Positions 1-13,308 of a DNA stretch of 64,000 nucleotides are shown here, in pieces (the first letter of the stretch is position 1; the number at the start of each line of letters is the position of its first letter). The notes below the pieces were generated by a model. The model was not told where the DNA came from and ran no database searches. It saw nothing but the letters and a program-made list of their open reading frames with translations. The DNA lies in contig MQRK01230304.1 of assembly GCA_001938485.1 (NCBI GenBank), forward strand, positions 2,863-66,862, given 5' to 3'. Source of the stretch: Girardia tigrina. Taxonomy: Eukaryota. The translations under genes were made by a program, and so were the position numbers.

Positions 1-2199
1 GAATAACAAATCTATAAAATTTATTTTTCAACAAATAATACTTTTAAATAAATAATTATCTATTATTGCCAATTGAAACAATAACTTTAATATTTAAAAA
101 ATGTCTAGATTCTAATAAATCACTCACTACAGTGAATAATCAATAAAATCTATTCTTAGTAACTACGTCAGCGTTAGTGAAGCATTGAGTGACTTGGGCT
201 TTTATAAGATAAGATAATTATTTTATCATCTTATCGTTTTTATTTAAAAAATGTTCACTTTAAAATCGTCAATCAGCGACATTAATATTTTGATTCATCA
301 AAGATGAATGATTAATATATAATATAAATTAATCAGTTACCTTTGGTAAATCAAACTAGTAATTTATGTGACTGAAGATTTCGTAGGCAACAATTGTTAA
401 AGTAACACGATAAGATGATAAAATAATAACCATACCAATTCGTTGTAAATAAAAATATAAATTATTATCATTAGTAATATTATTATTATAAGGTGTAGTT
501 TTCGTCGAACCTACACTCACGGCGATCGTGTGACTACTATCCCGTTCGATTTTTGGAATTCAAATGTAAGCTTCTTTTAGTAAACATATCTTCTTCTAGT
601 CAGTCTGAATTTTTTCAAAATCAATGATCTCATGTATATCTAATTGAGCGAGCCTCAATGGATCATTATTGATGTTCATCATTTCTTTGAGAAAAGATGA
701 ATTTATTCGATAATTGAAATACGGATTGGAAACTTTTTCTTGGACAATAAATATTCATACAAACTGAGTTCGAGGTCAAGAATAGAATTTATGGCACAAA
801 TATTTATTTCTATTACAATTAACTATTTCCAAACAAATTTACGAGGAGCAAAATTTTCTTATTTTGCGCAAAATCAAGTATAAGAATTTTTATTATAGAT
901 ATCCATATATAAATTTTAGTTTTAATATATATAATATTTGTCTAAAAAGTTTTTTTGTTTGTTTGTTTGCCGGCCACGCTATTCAATGTAAAATTGCGGA
1001 GGAAACGGAGTGAATCTATTTAAGGACGTGGTTTTCCATAGCCCATATCAATACAATTCTGTTGGTGCAGCGCTTTCGCCAAAAGACACCCGGAAGGCGA
1101 TGATTTGATTTTATATATTTGCTTACTTTAAATATTAAAAAAATTTAAGAGTGCACCAATCCTCACACAAATCATTGTTCGTATTATTTAAACGATGATT
1201 TCAAATTTATCACTATTCAAAAACACTAACCAAATGCTGCCAGAACTTTTTTATTAAAATAAACTATTTTTTACAAATTTTCTGGAATTTTCCAGTGAAA
1301 CAAATTTTCCGATAAATATATAAACTGTTTCACAAAAAACCCACATCTATTATGAGGAGGTAATTATTACGGAAACGAGCTAATGAGGTCGAAGAACTTT
1401 ATTAACTCGTCTACGTAACCTCGTTATTAATATGTTGGGTATTAAATTATCTTTAATTTAATTATTTACTTTTTAAACACAAATCTTAAATCTTAATCTT
1501 TAATCTGAAATCTTTAATCTTTGATCTGACTCCAATTAATCAGAAAGGACTTCCAACATAAATATATGAATAATGAACACAAATTATTTATGAAACTTTA
1601 TTTCAAATAACAAAAATTAACAAGTCACAAATAATAATAATAATTCAATTCTTTGATGACAGAATACAAACACAAAACAATATTTCGTGCGAGTTAACAG
1701 ATTACATTAAAAACTGTGAATCTCCCAAAACGAACGATATTGTAATCTTTTAGTTTAAACCTTGTTCTCCCATACGGGATACTTTTGGTTTTAAAATTAA
1801 AAGAATATTTATAAATAAAATTAAAATGAAGTAAGCTTTTGTACTAACTTTACTTGTTTTAATATTGTTAATATTGTTATTGTTTAAATTTAATATTGTT
1901 ATTTTAAAAATTAAATAAAAACTTAATTCATAAATCTAAACTTAATTTTTTGGAGAAAACGGGCAATTTAAAAGTACATAAATTAAAACACGTTTATTCA
2001 ATATTTTGAAAAGTTTATATCAAAATTAAAAAAAGTTAATTTAAAACCACACACTTCCACATTTGGGTTTGCGGTGCACCGTGCAACAATCTCACTTATT
2101 TCCTACAACTTCGAGCCGTCATTCTTTTAATTTTGTAGTAATTCCGCTCTACGATGCTATTTTCTATTTGTCAGTTCATACATCTTAACTACGTTCTCA

Positions 2200-5100
2200 C
2201 TCCTGTTCTTTAAAAAGATTTTCGACTCAGCCCTTTCTGAATGTACTGAAGTTCTCCTTCAGTCCGAATTGATGGATAATATTGGCCAGCGCTCCACAGA
2301 CATATTCTTCGTTTTGTGACTTGATTTGATGCCATATCATAAAACGCCATGAGTCTAAGTCCACCACGACTATGAACTTTTTCCTTTCCATTTGTGTGAC
2401 ATCCACCACCAAGAGCTATCACATTTTTTGGGGTTGATTTCCTTTTTGTTTCACTAGACAGGTGCGGAATCGATAAATGAGCACTAGTGGCATCATTTCA
2501 TTGTGATTTAACCTGTTCTTTTAAGACTTAATTCGAACCCACACTTTCCATGCTAGGAACATGGTACGCCTTCTCTCAAATTGTGAATCTAGTGCAACTT
2601 TTTCAAGCCGTCAATCTTCTAATTTGTGCTTCTGATATAGTTGCCACTGCCACTGTTGTTTTATTGTGATGCTACCAGCCTATGGTTTGGCACAATAATC
2701 AATGTGTCCACTTTGTTTTCTTCGAATCATACAACCTTCATTTTTATGCTGAAGTTGTCCTTTTTGACCATTTGTCTAGAAACCGACCAACGCTACAATT
2801 TGCTCTTCTCGCACCGTTTGATGTCTTTGAAGTATTCTTTCCAATTGGTCTGGAATTATCAATGGTGCTTCATCATTGTCGTCAAGCAGCTAATTTCATA
2901 GCACACTCACGCCCTATTTGGCTACATTTGAATCACTATCAAGTCCATACACATGCGACATCATAAGCTGCTGCTGCAATCCCAGATTCCGATACGATTG
3001 ATGTTCTGGTTGGGATCTGTGGGGTCGTTATCGTGGATAGATTGGTGCGAAGCACAGGGCCTTTTTAAGAAATTTTCACTGGGGAGCACAAGCAATCGAG
3101 AATGGTCATGTACCAAACTTTGGTAACTTTTAATCTCGGATGAAAATAGTTATTTTTTTCTTGTTTTTATAATGAATTTTCCTATTCCAAAATATTTTTA
3201 TCAAGTGCTCTCAGATTTAAAAGAAGAAAATATACAAGTCACCCAACCTAAACATTTTACGAACAGTCCAACACGAGTTATATTATATAACACTTCAACA
3301 TATGTTACTTTTAAAAAAAGAATTGGCAACAAAGTCATCTTGTGAATAAATATCAAGGTTGAGTTTATTTTTCGTCTTTCTTTCACCCACAAGAATTCCA
3401 CCTCAACACTGTGAGGATCAAACTTGCAGGTCCCCTATCAATTCATTGCGATCATCATGCCAGAGTTGACTGTCTAAGCTGAGGTGCTCGTGTGATGGGC
3501 TGAAATGTTCAAGTTGTATAAAGAATCAAGCCTCTCAGGGGGCATGCTGTGAAGATTGAGTGTTACCGAAGATCATATTACTTTCAATAGCACGCCGCTG
3601 TAGAGCTGATGGAAGTATTTCAACTTCAATTAGCGCAAAGCATTTATTAACCTTTTGTTAGCACAGTCATCTGCAAAGCGATGGATTTCTTCTGAAAACA
3701 CATGTCACGTTATTTTGACTCCTGCATTAATAAATGTTTCGAGTTCTGTAAAAGAGTTAATATGTCTTGAACTACTTCTTGTTCCACATCAAACCACTCT
3801 CCAAGATAATTCTGTGCTGATTAAACAATTTCGAGGCGCATCGCATCTTGACTTCTGGTAGTATGCATATTCGTGTTAACAGCTCTTAAAATGACTCTCT
3901 CTTTCCTAGGGCTGTAGTTTCTCTTCCTTTCAACCAGGATATGAGGCCCTGGATATAATGTCTAATTTACAAAGTGCCGAATCTTTTTGATTATTTTCTC
4001 TGATAGAATCAGGTCATCACGCTGTAGTGCTTTTGCAAATCACGAAATATTTTCAAAACATCAACTATGAGACAGTTGAGCCAAACTTTATGAGATTCAA
4101 ATTTGCATATCTTCAAATATCCCCGTGCTGTTACTCTCTCTTTTTTCAATTTGCCTTTCACTTCTAAAACTTAAAAAAACTTCCTTGCAGCCGTAAAGAT
4201 TATGAAGAATGGCTGTTAAAAGGTTGACTATATACTCCGCAAATCAAACTTCATAATGAGCAGGAAAATGATTCTCGTTGGTTGAAATTAATACAGGAAT
4301 TTCGTTGTCTTTTTAGACGTCCTGAAGAAGGTAGCTAGAGACTTGACATTTTTAATTCAGATACGCTACTCCGAAACACCTCCTTCAATTCTTTTAAAAG
4401 TGAGGTCTCTTCTGTGAACAAAACACCAGAACGTCAATAGATCACGATGTAACCAGTTCTTTATAAGCTTCCAAAGCCCCCTCGTTAACTCTGTATTAGC
4501 TCTTTCGCAATCTGTTGTAACACGAATGAACTTGAAATTTAGAGTGACCATGGTCTTAAGGGCCTGCTAAATGGCTTACAACAGTCCAAGGGTACCAATA
4601 TGTTGAGGTTCGTTGAATACTTTGAAGACGTTCTTTACTTTACGCTTGTTTGTTACTATTCTCATAGAGACTTACTTGTAATCGACCATTCACAATTGAT
4701 GCTGATATTAACTTGTAATACGTAAGCAACACAATCCTGTAGGTCACGAAATATTTCCTTCTGAACTTCTCCAGCAACTATGAGTAGCATTTCTCGATAG
4801 CAGTTTGGGTCTTTGTAGTGTAATGTCAATGAGGGAGGTTGAAATTCCTCCAATGGAGAATTCATTTCTGTTGTATACGCCAACTCCACAACATTTAAAA
4901 AATTATTTAAAATTCAAGAACTAAATTAACAAATTAATAAAATAAAAATTCAAAATTAAATTAAAACTCATAAAAGTCAAGATTCATAAAAAGCATACAA
5001 ATTCAAATATAAAGAATTTGATTTATTACATAAATTAAAAAAATAAACAAAACACACAAATTCAAATTACAAAACCAATCTGTTTAGTGGTGGAATATGG

Positions 5101-6650
5101 ATGATCAATTTGATACTGCATCGTTTATAACTAAACGTTTATCGAAAATTCTCGTTCTCATTAAATACCAATTACAAAAGACTGTCAAGACGGAGCGATC
5201 TTATATATCGACTGTTACGTCGATTAAAATTACATCCGGGACGAATCAGGTTGAACATCAACTTTTATTGTGTAATTGTTTGTATGATTTAGGTGCCAGT
5301 CATCCTTTCGCTAACGAACGTGTCAAACTCGATCAAGTTAACAGTATTTCGGATGCTGTTATACACCACAACTCGTTCCGCAATAACTTCATTTTTGCGA
5401 AGACTGTTAATAATTTTGGACCTGTGTACTTGAGTTAAATACCTCAACGGCAAGCTGTTGGCAGAAGGAGTACTCATCAGACTGTCATTATAAACATCCA
5501 CGGCGAGTGATATAAGAAACTACACAACCTCCGCACAGTACTTTTACTAATATTTCAGCCAATGGTGATGAGAGGACTGAATTTTCCACTGCAATTCTAA
5601 ATCTACATGTCGCACTGCTGCCTTATGGAAGATTGAGTTAAGGTGATTTATGACAGCTTTCACTTTTACAGTTGTATCTGCACGGCAGCCATAAGCCAAG
5701 TAAATAGTGAAATTGTGAGAAAACGTGCAAGCTACATTCACAAACTTTTCCCATGCTCTCTATTTCACATATTGTGTTTTACGCTTCCCTTCATCAGGTA
5801 CAAACATAAATGCTTCCAAGCAGTCCATAATATTTTTTTCAATACACTTTACAATTTTTTTCTGTTCTTTTTCTGATACAATTCCATAGTATCATGAGAA
5901 GTGCTAATAATGCATTCTTCTTTTGCGAAGGGCCCAATGTGTGTATTTGTGGTTCAGTCTTCTGCTAGAACAGCGAAGTTTAAATTTTCTGTTGTAGCAA
6001 AAGCATCAGGTTATGATAACAAAAAGTAGAAAGGTAGTTTTAAAAATCGATTTTAAAAAATTTCCCCCCAGTCTTTCACTTTTGCCTTGGAGTGGGGCAT
6101 TTTTGGTCACTGGGGGTAAATGCCCCCCCCCAGTCAATATTTTACAAAAGGCTATGGCGAAGCAGCATGCGAGCCAATGGAATTAAATCCATCAAAATGC
6201 GCCCGGGAGTAATTTGCCTCTGAAGTAAGATACCTGACCACATCAAGATTAAGGCCCACGAAAAATTGCCGTTTTGATGAAGAGCTCTCTTCTCCTGGAC
6301 ATAAAATAGCTGCGAATCACCGGACAGTACCCATGTGTTCTTCTATCGATTCACCTTACCGAAGTCTCCACGTTCTAAAATCCTCAGATGCAGACAATGG
6401 TCCAACCAGAAGGCTACTGATAATCCGACCCTGATCGATTTTTAATCTTCTTGCTCTTTGATTGGCAGCCCTGAGAACAGTGTAAAGGTTCGGCCCTCTA
6501 AGAGGAGCGGTATGGCTCCCAAATTATCAACCTCGCACATAGTTGCCGACGTTTAAAACTTGTGGCACTAAACTCCAAATACTTGGAACCATAGAACAAC
6601 CGCACTGCCTCCGTAAATTTGATCTTGCACATTGTGGCGATATCTTGTGA
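2200..6650 (-). mobile_element. Degenerate, internally deleted gypsy-like LTR retrotransposon (gag, Zn knuckle and integrase; no RT seen), split by a hAT insertion at 3055-6156
   Basis: Minus-strand translation of 6650-6165 gives gag-like 'LSASEDFRTWRLR*GESIEEHM...IKRQFFVGL'. It resumes below 3054 with a decayed knuckle '*FKCSQIGREC', then integrase 'C*CSFIDSAPV' and 'VVDVTQMERKKFIVVVDLDSWRFMIWHQIK' (ORF 2227-2412). Same family as 10184-14644 (CQSIDPAPV). Many stops. Confidence 0.65.
3055..6156 (-). mobile_element. hAT-superfamily DNA transposon with degenerate transposase
   Basis: Imperfect TIRs: CAGGGCCTTTTTAAGAAATTTTCACTGGGG (3055) and revcomp CATAGCCTTTTGTAAAATATTGACTGGGG (6156). Perfect 8-bp TSD GCGAAGCA at 3047-3054 and 6157-6164. 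Transposase-like minus-strand fragments, e.g. 'LHYKDPNCYREMLLIVAGEVQKEIFRDLQDCVAYVLQV'. Confidence 0.85.
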
Positions 6651-7169
6651 TTAAGCATAAAATAAAAATCAACCATGAAAAATTACATTTGAGTTAAAAG
6701 AATACTCCGCCAACCACAAATTAAAACAAATAAATTACTCCTTGTAACGAAAGATGACTTGAGAAGAACGAAAGATATTGTAATCATGAAATGAGTGATT
6801 TCTATCAGCAATTTAAAATAAAAATAAATGATTAAACGATTAAATACTTTTTTGATAAAACAATCTTTGTATAATCGTCAGAAGAAAATATTTAATGTAT
6901 ATTTCCATTCCAAACAAATTTGACACAAACAATTTAAATAAAACCATTTTCTTTTCTAAAAATACACACAAATTCGAATCAACGACAAGAACAACACAGA
7001 AATTTGTGCACAGTTTTGATAGTGAAATAATCGAAGTACAAATACTTCATCGGTTCTTCCCGGCATTTTTCAGTGAGTATTGCGGCATTCAAATATTTAC
7101 TCAAATTAGTTGTTTTACATATTGCAATTATCACGCCAAAAAAATTTTTGGTGCACAAGCTTTTATAAT

Positions 7170-9317
7170 TTTATAGGACTTGGAGTCTGCGATTAATACA
7201 CCAGCAGAGTGTTGATCAAAGAGTTCGTCGAGAGCTGCTCTGAAAGGAATACCGAATGAATCGTTGACGGTGTCGCAAAGGCTGCCGAATGGAGTTGGCT
7301 CGAACTCATAGTTGATGGAGAATGACTTGTTGAACATTGTCAGATCGTCTTTCACAACGTCGAAGTTGTTTACTTCCAAGAAGTTGTTCTCGCCGATTGG
7401 ATAAGCGTTTTCGTTGTCGATCGAGAGCTCATGAACCTGCTCACAGAGGCGATCGCCAGCAATCAACACCTCGTTCATCGTGTTCGTTGACCACTCGTGA
7501 GGAATGATTGTAGATGCGCGAACGATGCTCGCTATGGCCATCGCACAGCATTGAGTGCCTGCAACTTCTGACGAGAAAATCTCCAGACTTGCTTGATGCC
7601 ATGATGCTCTTACTATCCTCGAAAAGTCACTGATTGTCATGTAAGCAGTCCCTGGTACCTCTTGCTGCTCATCGTCTGCTGGTGCTTGTTGTCGAATCAA
7701 GTCTTGATCGTTGACAACAGCATTGTAATCAATAGTGACGTCCTTATAGAGCGGTTTGTTAGCGATGAGCCAGCGAAGAGCAGCGTACACTCGCTCGCGA
7801 CAAATTGTGAACTCGCGAGTGCGATCGATTGTCTCAATGAACTCGGTTACGACGATCATACCAGTATTATCGCTTGATCGTGGAANNNNNNNNNNNNNNN
7901 NNNNNNNNNNNNNNNNNNNNNNNNNNNNNNNNNNNNNNNNNNNNNNNNNNNNNNNNNNNNNNNNNNNNNNNNNNNNNNNNNNNNNNNNNNNNNNNNNNNN
8001 NNNNNNNNNNNNNNNNNNNNNNNNNNNNNNNNNNNNNNNNNNNNNNNNNNNNNNNNNNNNNNNNNNNNNNNNNNNNNNNNNNNNNNNNNNNNNNNNNNNN
8101 NNNNNNNNNNNNNNNNNNNNNNNNNNNNNNNNNNNNNNNNNNNNNNNNNNNNNNNNNNNNNNNNNNNNNNNNNNNNNNNNNNNNNNNNNNNNNNNNNNNN
8201 NNNNNNNNNNNNNNNNNNNNNNNNNNNNNNNNNNNNNNNNNNNNNNNNNNNNNNNNNNNNNNNNNNNNNNNNNNNNNNNNNNNNNNNNNNNNNNNNNNNN
8301 NNNNNNNNNNNNNNNNNNNNNNNNNNNNNNNNNNNNNNNNNNNNNNNNNNNNNNNNNNNNNNNNNNNNNNNNNNNNNNNNNNNNNNNNNNNNNNNNNNNN
8401 NNNNNNNNNNNNNNNNNNNNNNNNNNNNNNNNNNNNNNNNNNNNNNNNNNNNNNNNNNNNNNNNNNNNNNNNNNNNNNNNNNNNNNNNNNNNNNNNNNNN
8501 NNNNNNNNNNNNNNNNNNNNNNNNNNNNNNNNNNNNNNNNNNNNNNNNNNNNNNNNNNNNNNNNNNNNNNNNNNNNNNNNNNNNNNNNNNNNNNNNNNNN
8601 NNNNNNNNNNNNNNNGCTGCTCAGGAGATTCATTTTGACGTTTCTCGCGTAAGACGTTTAGTCGAGCACGTTTTCCTGCAGGATCTTGGCACAACGACCT
8701 CTCTCGCATTTTGTCATTTCTCGACTGCAGTCTAATACATTTTGCGTCTGTTGTTTCAGTTGCTCGCTTCTCAGCATACTTTTGTCTCGCTTTTGCAAGT
8801 CGTCGCTCTCTTTGCGTAGCCGTTTCGCTCCCTTTTGAACGTTTAGCGGTTGTTGTCATTAAAGAAATATTTTCATCCAAATTTGACTGAACGAAACAAA
8901 GAGAAAGTGTTTCTATTTCTTTAAAAAAATTATACAAAATTATTTCTTCATGTGCGCACGTAAAACGAAAGGATATTTCAATTTCTATAGTTAAATAATC
9001 ATTTGCAAATAATTCCCAAAAAATAATTCTCTACTAAATAAATCATTTACCAAATAATAATCAATATGAAAGAATTAAAAAATCAATGGCGAATATTTAT
9101 CAAATATTATTGTGATATTATTAATATTATTAATATTATTAAAATATTACTGACTACAGGAAAGCAGTGACAATGAAATAGTGTATTGTCATCTAGAATA
9201 CATCACTCCTGAAAATTTCAAGTCACCAGCACAACGGGAAGTGTGTGAAATTTCGATCGCAAGATTTGATCCATACAGACAAACAAACAAATGAAACGTA
9301 ATAAAAGCTTGTAAAAA
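7170..9317 (-). mobile_element. Helitron2/Helentron-like element, 5' portion, 3'-truncated
   Basis: Minus-strand 5' end TTTTT-ACAAGCTTTTAT followed by a TTTG/GTCT microsatellite and TTGAAATTT (HINE/DINE-like). The ORF begins with STPR-like repeats 'ETATQRERRLAKARQKYAEKRATETT...ESPEQ'. After the N gap comes the DUF6570-like motif 'RERVYAALRWLIANKPLYKDVTID'. Confidence 0.75.
7175..7885 (-). pseudogene. Helentron ORF fragment: DUF6570-like C-terminus fused to a peptidase C76-like (herpesvirus tegument deubiquitinase-like) domain, truncated
   Basis: 'IVRASWHQASLEIFSSEVAGTQCCAMAIASIV...EWSTNTMNEVLIAGDRL' fits the consensus (G/A)SxHQ...F...AGxQC...W...(D/N)xIL..GD.L of this family. The similarity stops before the expected FD(S/P)H motif. 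Confidence 0.65.
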
Positions 9318-9939
9318 ATAATTTGTGATTTCAAAAACCAGTTTACATAAATTTGTTTTAATGGTAAGTTTTACTATCTTACAAAGTCATATAACATATT
9401 CTGGTTATAGCATCAAGACATAATCATTCATTAATACCGGTGTACCATACTTAGATATTTTATATTTAATATTAAATACTTTAAAATACATTTAACTCTC
9501 TTTTAAATAAGTTGTTTAGGCTTTATTTATTTTTTAGAAAGAAATTAAAAATATAATGGTAAATATTTTGAATTAAAATTGAGAACGTCATTAAGATTAT
9601 CAAACGTATTTTTGCAGTATATTTCACTGGAATGTCAGCGATCTTCAGGTAAAAATTGACAACATTTGTTCTGTCATATGATGTGTGGTGATCGAGATTT
9701 TTCGTCAGCCGAAAAATTCATTATTAATTTTTACAAATATTTCAAAATTTGTTAAAATGAACTAAATGAAATAAAAAATATTGTACAATACAATTGAAAT
9801 TAACTTAATGCATGTGATTTGAAAATATCAATGTCTTGCGGTAATTTTGTGGATTCCGATCAAATAAAATGATTTATGATGAATCGTTTCGTCTTATTTT
9901 CCTGAAAACCGAACTTACGGGTAACTGTTTCACAATTGC

Positions 9940-10180
9940 TGTAATGTCGGCATAACTAATGTCTAATTACACAATATGAGAGTCGTTACAGCCTGGAACT
10001 CCCGCAGCCCGCTCACGTGAGGGATCGGTCCAACCGAGCTCGTCAGGGATATACGTCTTCCGCATGCCGCAACTCAACACGCGGTCGGTACTAACCTGAT
10101 CCGGCGGCATCTCCATGAACTTCGAACGACTGGTTCATCCTCACGCGGTCCCGTGCTCACGGTTGCGAATTCGACAATAC
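9940..10180 (-). mobile_element. Possible 3' end of an older LTR retrotransposon (end of pol plus start of LTR)
   Basis: GC-rich patch. Minus strand reads 'PREDEPVVRSSWRCRR', resembling the RRSxRxRR tail of gypsy pol, followed by TGTAACG. Confidence 0.3.
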
Positions 10181-10183
10181 ATC

Positions 10184-10270
10184 TATTGGATATTAGATAT
10201 TTTGATTATTTCAAATATTTAATATATGCTTTTTTGATAAATATTTTATTTAAATATTATCAATTCAACA
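10184..10270 (+). repeat. 5' LTR (about 87 bp; weaker similarity extends to about 10287)
   Basis: TATTGGATATTAGATATTTTGATTATTTC...CAATTCAACA, near-identical to 14559-14644. Confidence 0.8.
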
Positions 10271-11031
10271 TTGTTATGTAAATAAACTTTTCGCGTGTTA
10301 CAAGCTATCCGGGTATAATGAATGATATGAAAATCGTTTTGGAGTTTTTGGAAAAATTTGATGGAATCATCAGCTTCGTGATTTGGCAGAAGAAATTTGA
10401 ATGGTCATGAAAATCCAGAAGATTACTGATCCAGCCCCGTATCTCCCCTTTTTACTATAGGGGGTTGCGCTGAACATCTACATGGAATCGGACGAGAAGA
10501 CGCAAAGCAGCTGCGATCGGTTCTTCAAGATACTAAACAACTCCTTCGGTCTGACTAGACGTTCTGCGTACAGTCAATTGATAAACTTACAGTATCACGA
10601 GGGAGAGACTATCGATGAATATGCGTCTCAGGTGAAAATGTTAGCAACAAAGGTTGAAGATCTAACAAAGGCTGCCTTCATTGCTGGACTGCATTTCGAG
10701 TTGCAGGTGAATTTGGAACGGTGGGCGACCAACCCCTGACCGAAATGATCGAGTATAGAAGCAGGTATTTGGGGATTAAAAATGTTTTATTACATGGTTC
10801 AATGACAGCAATACAACACGGAAACAACAACAAAGAAACATGGAGTTCCGGAGATCAGAGAGAACTCGATAAACTCAGAGCAAATCTTCAGAAATGACCC
10901 TATGTTTATCGAGAGAGAGACACCAAATCGAAGGAAAGTAATCATCATAAGGGTTCTCGGTGGCAATTAAACAGACAAACAATATGCTACAAATGTCAGA
11001 AACCGGGTCATATCGCAAAATATTGTCGGTC

Positions 11032-11071
11032 GGGAAACTAACAGGAGAGTTTGTAGGCGCCGGCTCTCTCC
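11032..11071 (+). promoter_or_regulatory. -1 programmed ribosomal frameshift signal at the gag/pol junction
   Basis: Slippery heptamer G_GGA_AAC (11032-11038) directly before the gag stop TAA. Pol (ORF 10960) is in the -1 frame. A downstream stem GGAGAG...CTCTCTCC starts 5 nt later. Confidence 0.7.
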
Positions 11072-12121
11072 CTTCACAGTTACAGGCGTTGCCGACGATG
11101 ATCGTCACTGTAAATGACAGGTCAGTCATAGCGTTGATTGATTCGGGTTGTTCGAAAACGGTTGTTTTAAAATGGTTAGTTAATGATTGTATGTTGTTTT
11201 CTGACGGAGAAAGTATGGTTTTGGCAAATGGAAAGGGTGTTAGAGTGGGTTCGGGTGAAGTGCGGCTGAATATAAATGGTAGGATCATTAGGGTGGAATG
11301 TTCGGTCATGGAACATTTGCCGTATGGAATAGGGATCTTAATAGGCATGGTTGTCATAGGTAAATTGGGCGGTGTGATAATTGATAAGGGTGTTATTGAA
11401 TTCGGCGAAGAAGAAATTAAAGGGATAGATAGTAGCTTGAGTTGTACTGCATCGGATGCGCCTCTTGTTAGTATAAAAAAGCATAATTTTGAAATTGAGT
11501 TTAAGGAAAATTGGTCGATTAAATGGAATTGGAAAAGTGAGGCTCCGAGTCACCTTCCGAATCATCAGTCAGTTTTTAAGGACAACAAATTAAAAGATGT
11601 TGAAACGTTGAAAATTTTAGACGGTTGGGTAGAAAATGGTTATCTAATCGAGTACAATGAGAAGGAAATGGGTAAATCGATAGGGTCCATACCGATATTT
11701 GGAATATTACAGGCTAATAAGTCCAAGATAAGACCCATTTTTGATTTTAGAAAATTAAACAATTACGTGGACGTTTATAGTGGNNNNNNNNNNNNNNNNN
11801 NNNNNNNNNNNNNNNNNNNNNNNNNNNNNNNNNNNNNNNNNNNNNNNNNNNNNNNNNNNNNNNNNNNNNNNNNNNNNNNNNNNNNNNNNNNNNNNNNNNN
11901 NNNNNNNNNNNNNNNNNNNNNNNNNNNNNNNNNNNNNNNNNNNNNNNNNNNNNNNNNNNNNNNNNNNNNNNNNNNNNNNNNNNNNNNNNNNNNNNNNNNN
12001 NNNNNNNNNNNNNNNNNNNNNNNNNNNNNNNNNNNNNNNNNNNNNNNNNNNNNNNNNNNNNNNNNNNNNNNNNNNNNNNNNNNNNNNNNNNNNNNNNNNN
12101 NNNNNNNNNNNNNNNNNNNNN

Positions 12122-13308
12122 TTTTTTGCCATTATTACCGAATAATACTTTATTAAAATATAATATTTATAATAAAATTTTCCATTTACGTTAATATACC
12201 TTTAAAAATATACATTAAAATATTATAAATTTCTAAAAAAATTTCTCTCCCTTTTTTCAGCATGAATCTTCAATTCTTTACTTCAAAATCTGGAAATCCG
12301 TTTGGATTAAAGGCTGTTTTTTTCATCGGAACCAATCAATTTGGAAAAAATAAAAGAAACATCAAATCTTCCAAATCTCTATTCAAACAATGATGAAATT
12401 AGAATCATTCTGAAATCAAAAATGGCTATAGCATTTGTTCCTGTGGATGATGTTATCACTGCCTTTTTGGTTTTACTTGATCTTTCTAATGATTATCCAG
12501 AACTCGATGATGTCTTTGCATATTTTGAGGATACATATTGGCCGTGCTCGTGGAGAACGAGGATTACGTCCTTGATATTCAATTCAGTGTTGGAATGTAT
12601 ATGACCGAGTTATTTCTCATCTACCACTCACAAACAATGCAATAACAAATTGGCATCGTGCGTTTCAAAATTCTATCGCTTGCAATCACCCAACTGTTTA
12701 TAGTTTGATAAATCAATTTCGTACTAATCAAGATTTTGTTGAACTAATTTTGCAGCGCATTAAAATTCTCTTTAGAATTGAAGAATTCCCACAATTCTCA
12801 TCGCAAATTTATGCCAAAGTAAGTGAGAGGATTGAACGTGTCGTTGAGCAATACATTAATTTACCAATATTGGATTATCTTAGAGGCGTTGCTCATAATT
12901 TAAACTTTTTGGATTAAAGTATATATTTACTATTTCATTATTTTAATATATGAGTTTAATATTTTTGTATCTTTCTTCTATTTACACATCACATTTTTTG
13001 GTGTGTTATTTATTTGTTCTAGAATGTTATTTGAATTTTTTTTAAATTAGGAATTTACTAATTTTTCGTATATTGTTTGTTTATTTTTTATATTAAAAAG
13101 AATAATTAAATGACATGTCGATCTGAAATTTTCTATCCATTTATGTTTTAAAATTAAACCCGTTTATGATTCATTGTTTTATCATAACATAATTAAAANT
13201 TTTTATTCATATTTTAGATGATATTGTTCACTTATTGACAATTTTGTTGTAAATTTTCCGCGGTAAAGTCGTCCGCGGTAAAGTCGCCGCGGTAAAGTCG
13301 GCGTACCG
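12122..13308 (+). mobile_element. MULE (Mutator-like) transposon, 3' part, inserted in gypsy RT
   Basis: Transposase C-terminal motifs 'AIAFVPVDDVITAF...FAYFEDTY', 'TNNAITNWHRAFQ...HPTVY'. The terminus has tandem CGCGGTAAAGTCG repeats ending CGTACCG. RT resumes immediately as SEAYMQ. The left end is lost in the N gap. Confidence 0.75.

Noticed and set aside
895-1440. Helitron-like non-autonomous element (TTTG microsatellite)
   Set aside because: No 3' hairpin-CTRR end or other boundary could be identified.
2040-2150. PHD or MPN-like motif (ARCTANPNVEVCGF)
   Set aside because: Too short, flanked by stops, with no supporting residues.
10000-10049. Minus-strand hammerhead-like motif CC-CTGACGA-GCTC...GAGC-GGGCTGC-GGGA
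   Set aside because: The essential GAAA is GGGC and there is no UH cleavage site; coincidence or too decayed to call.
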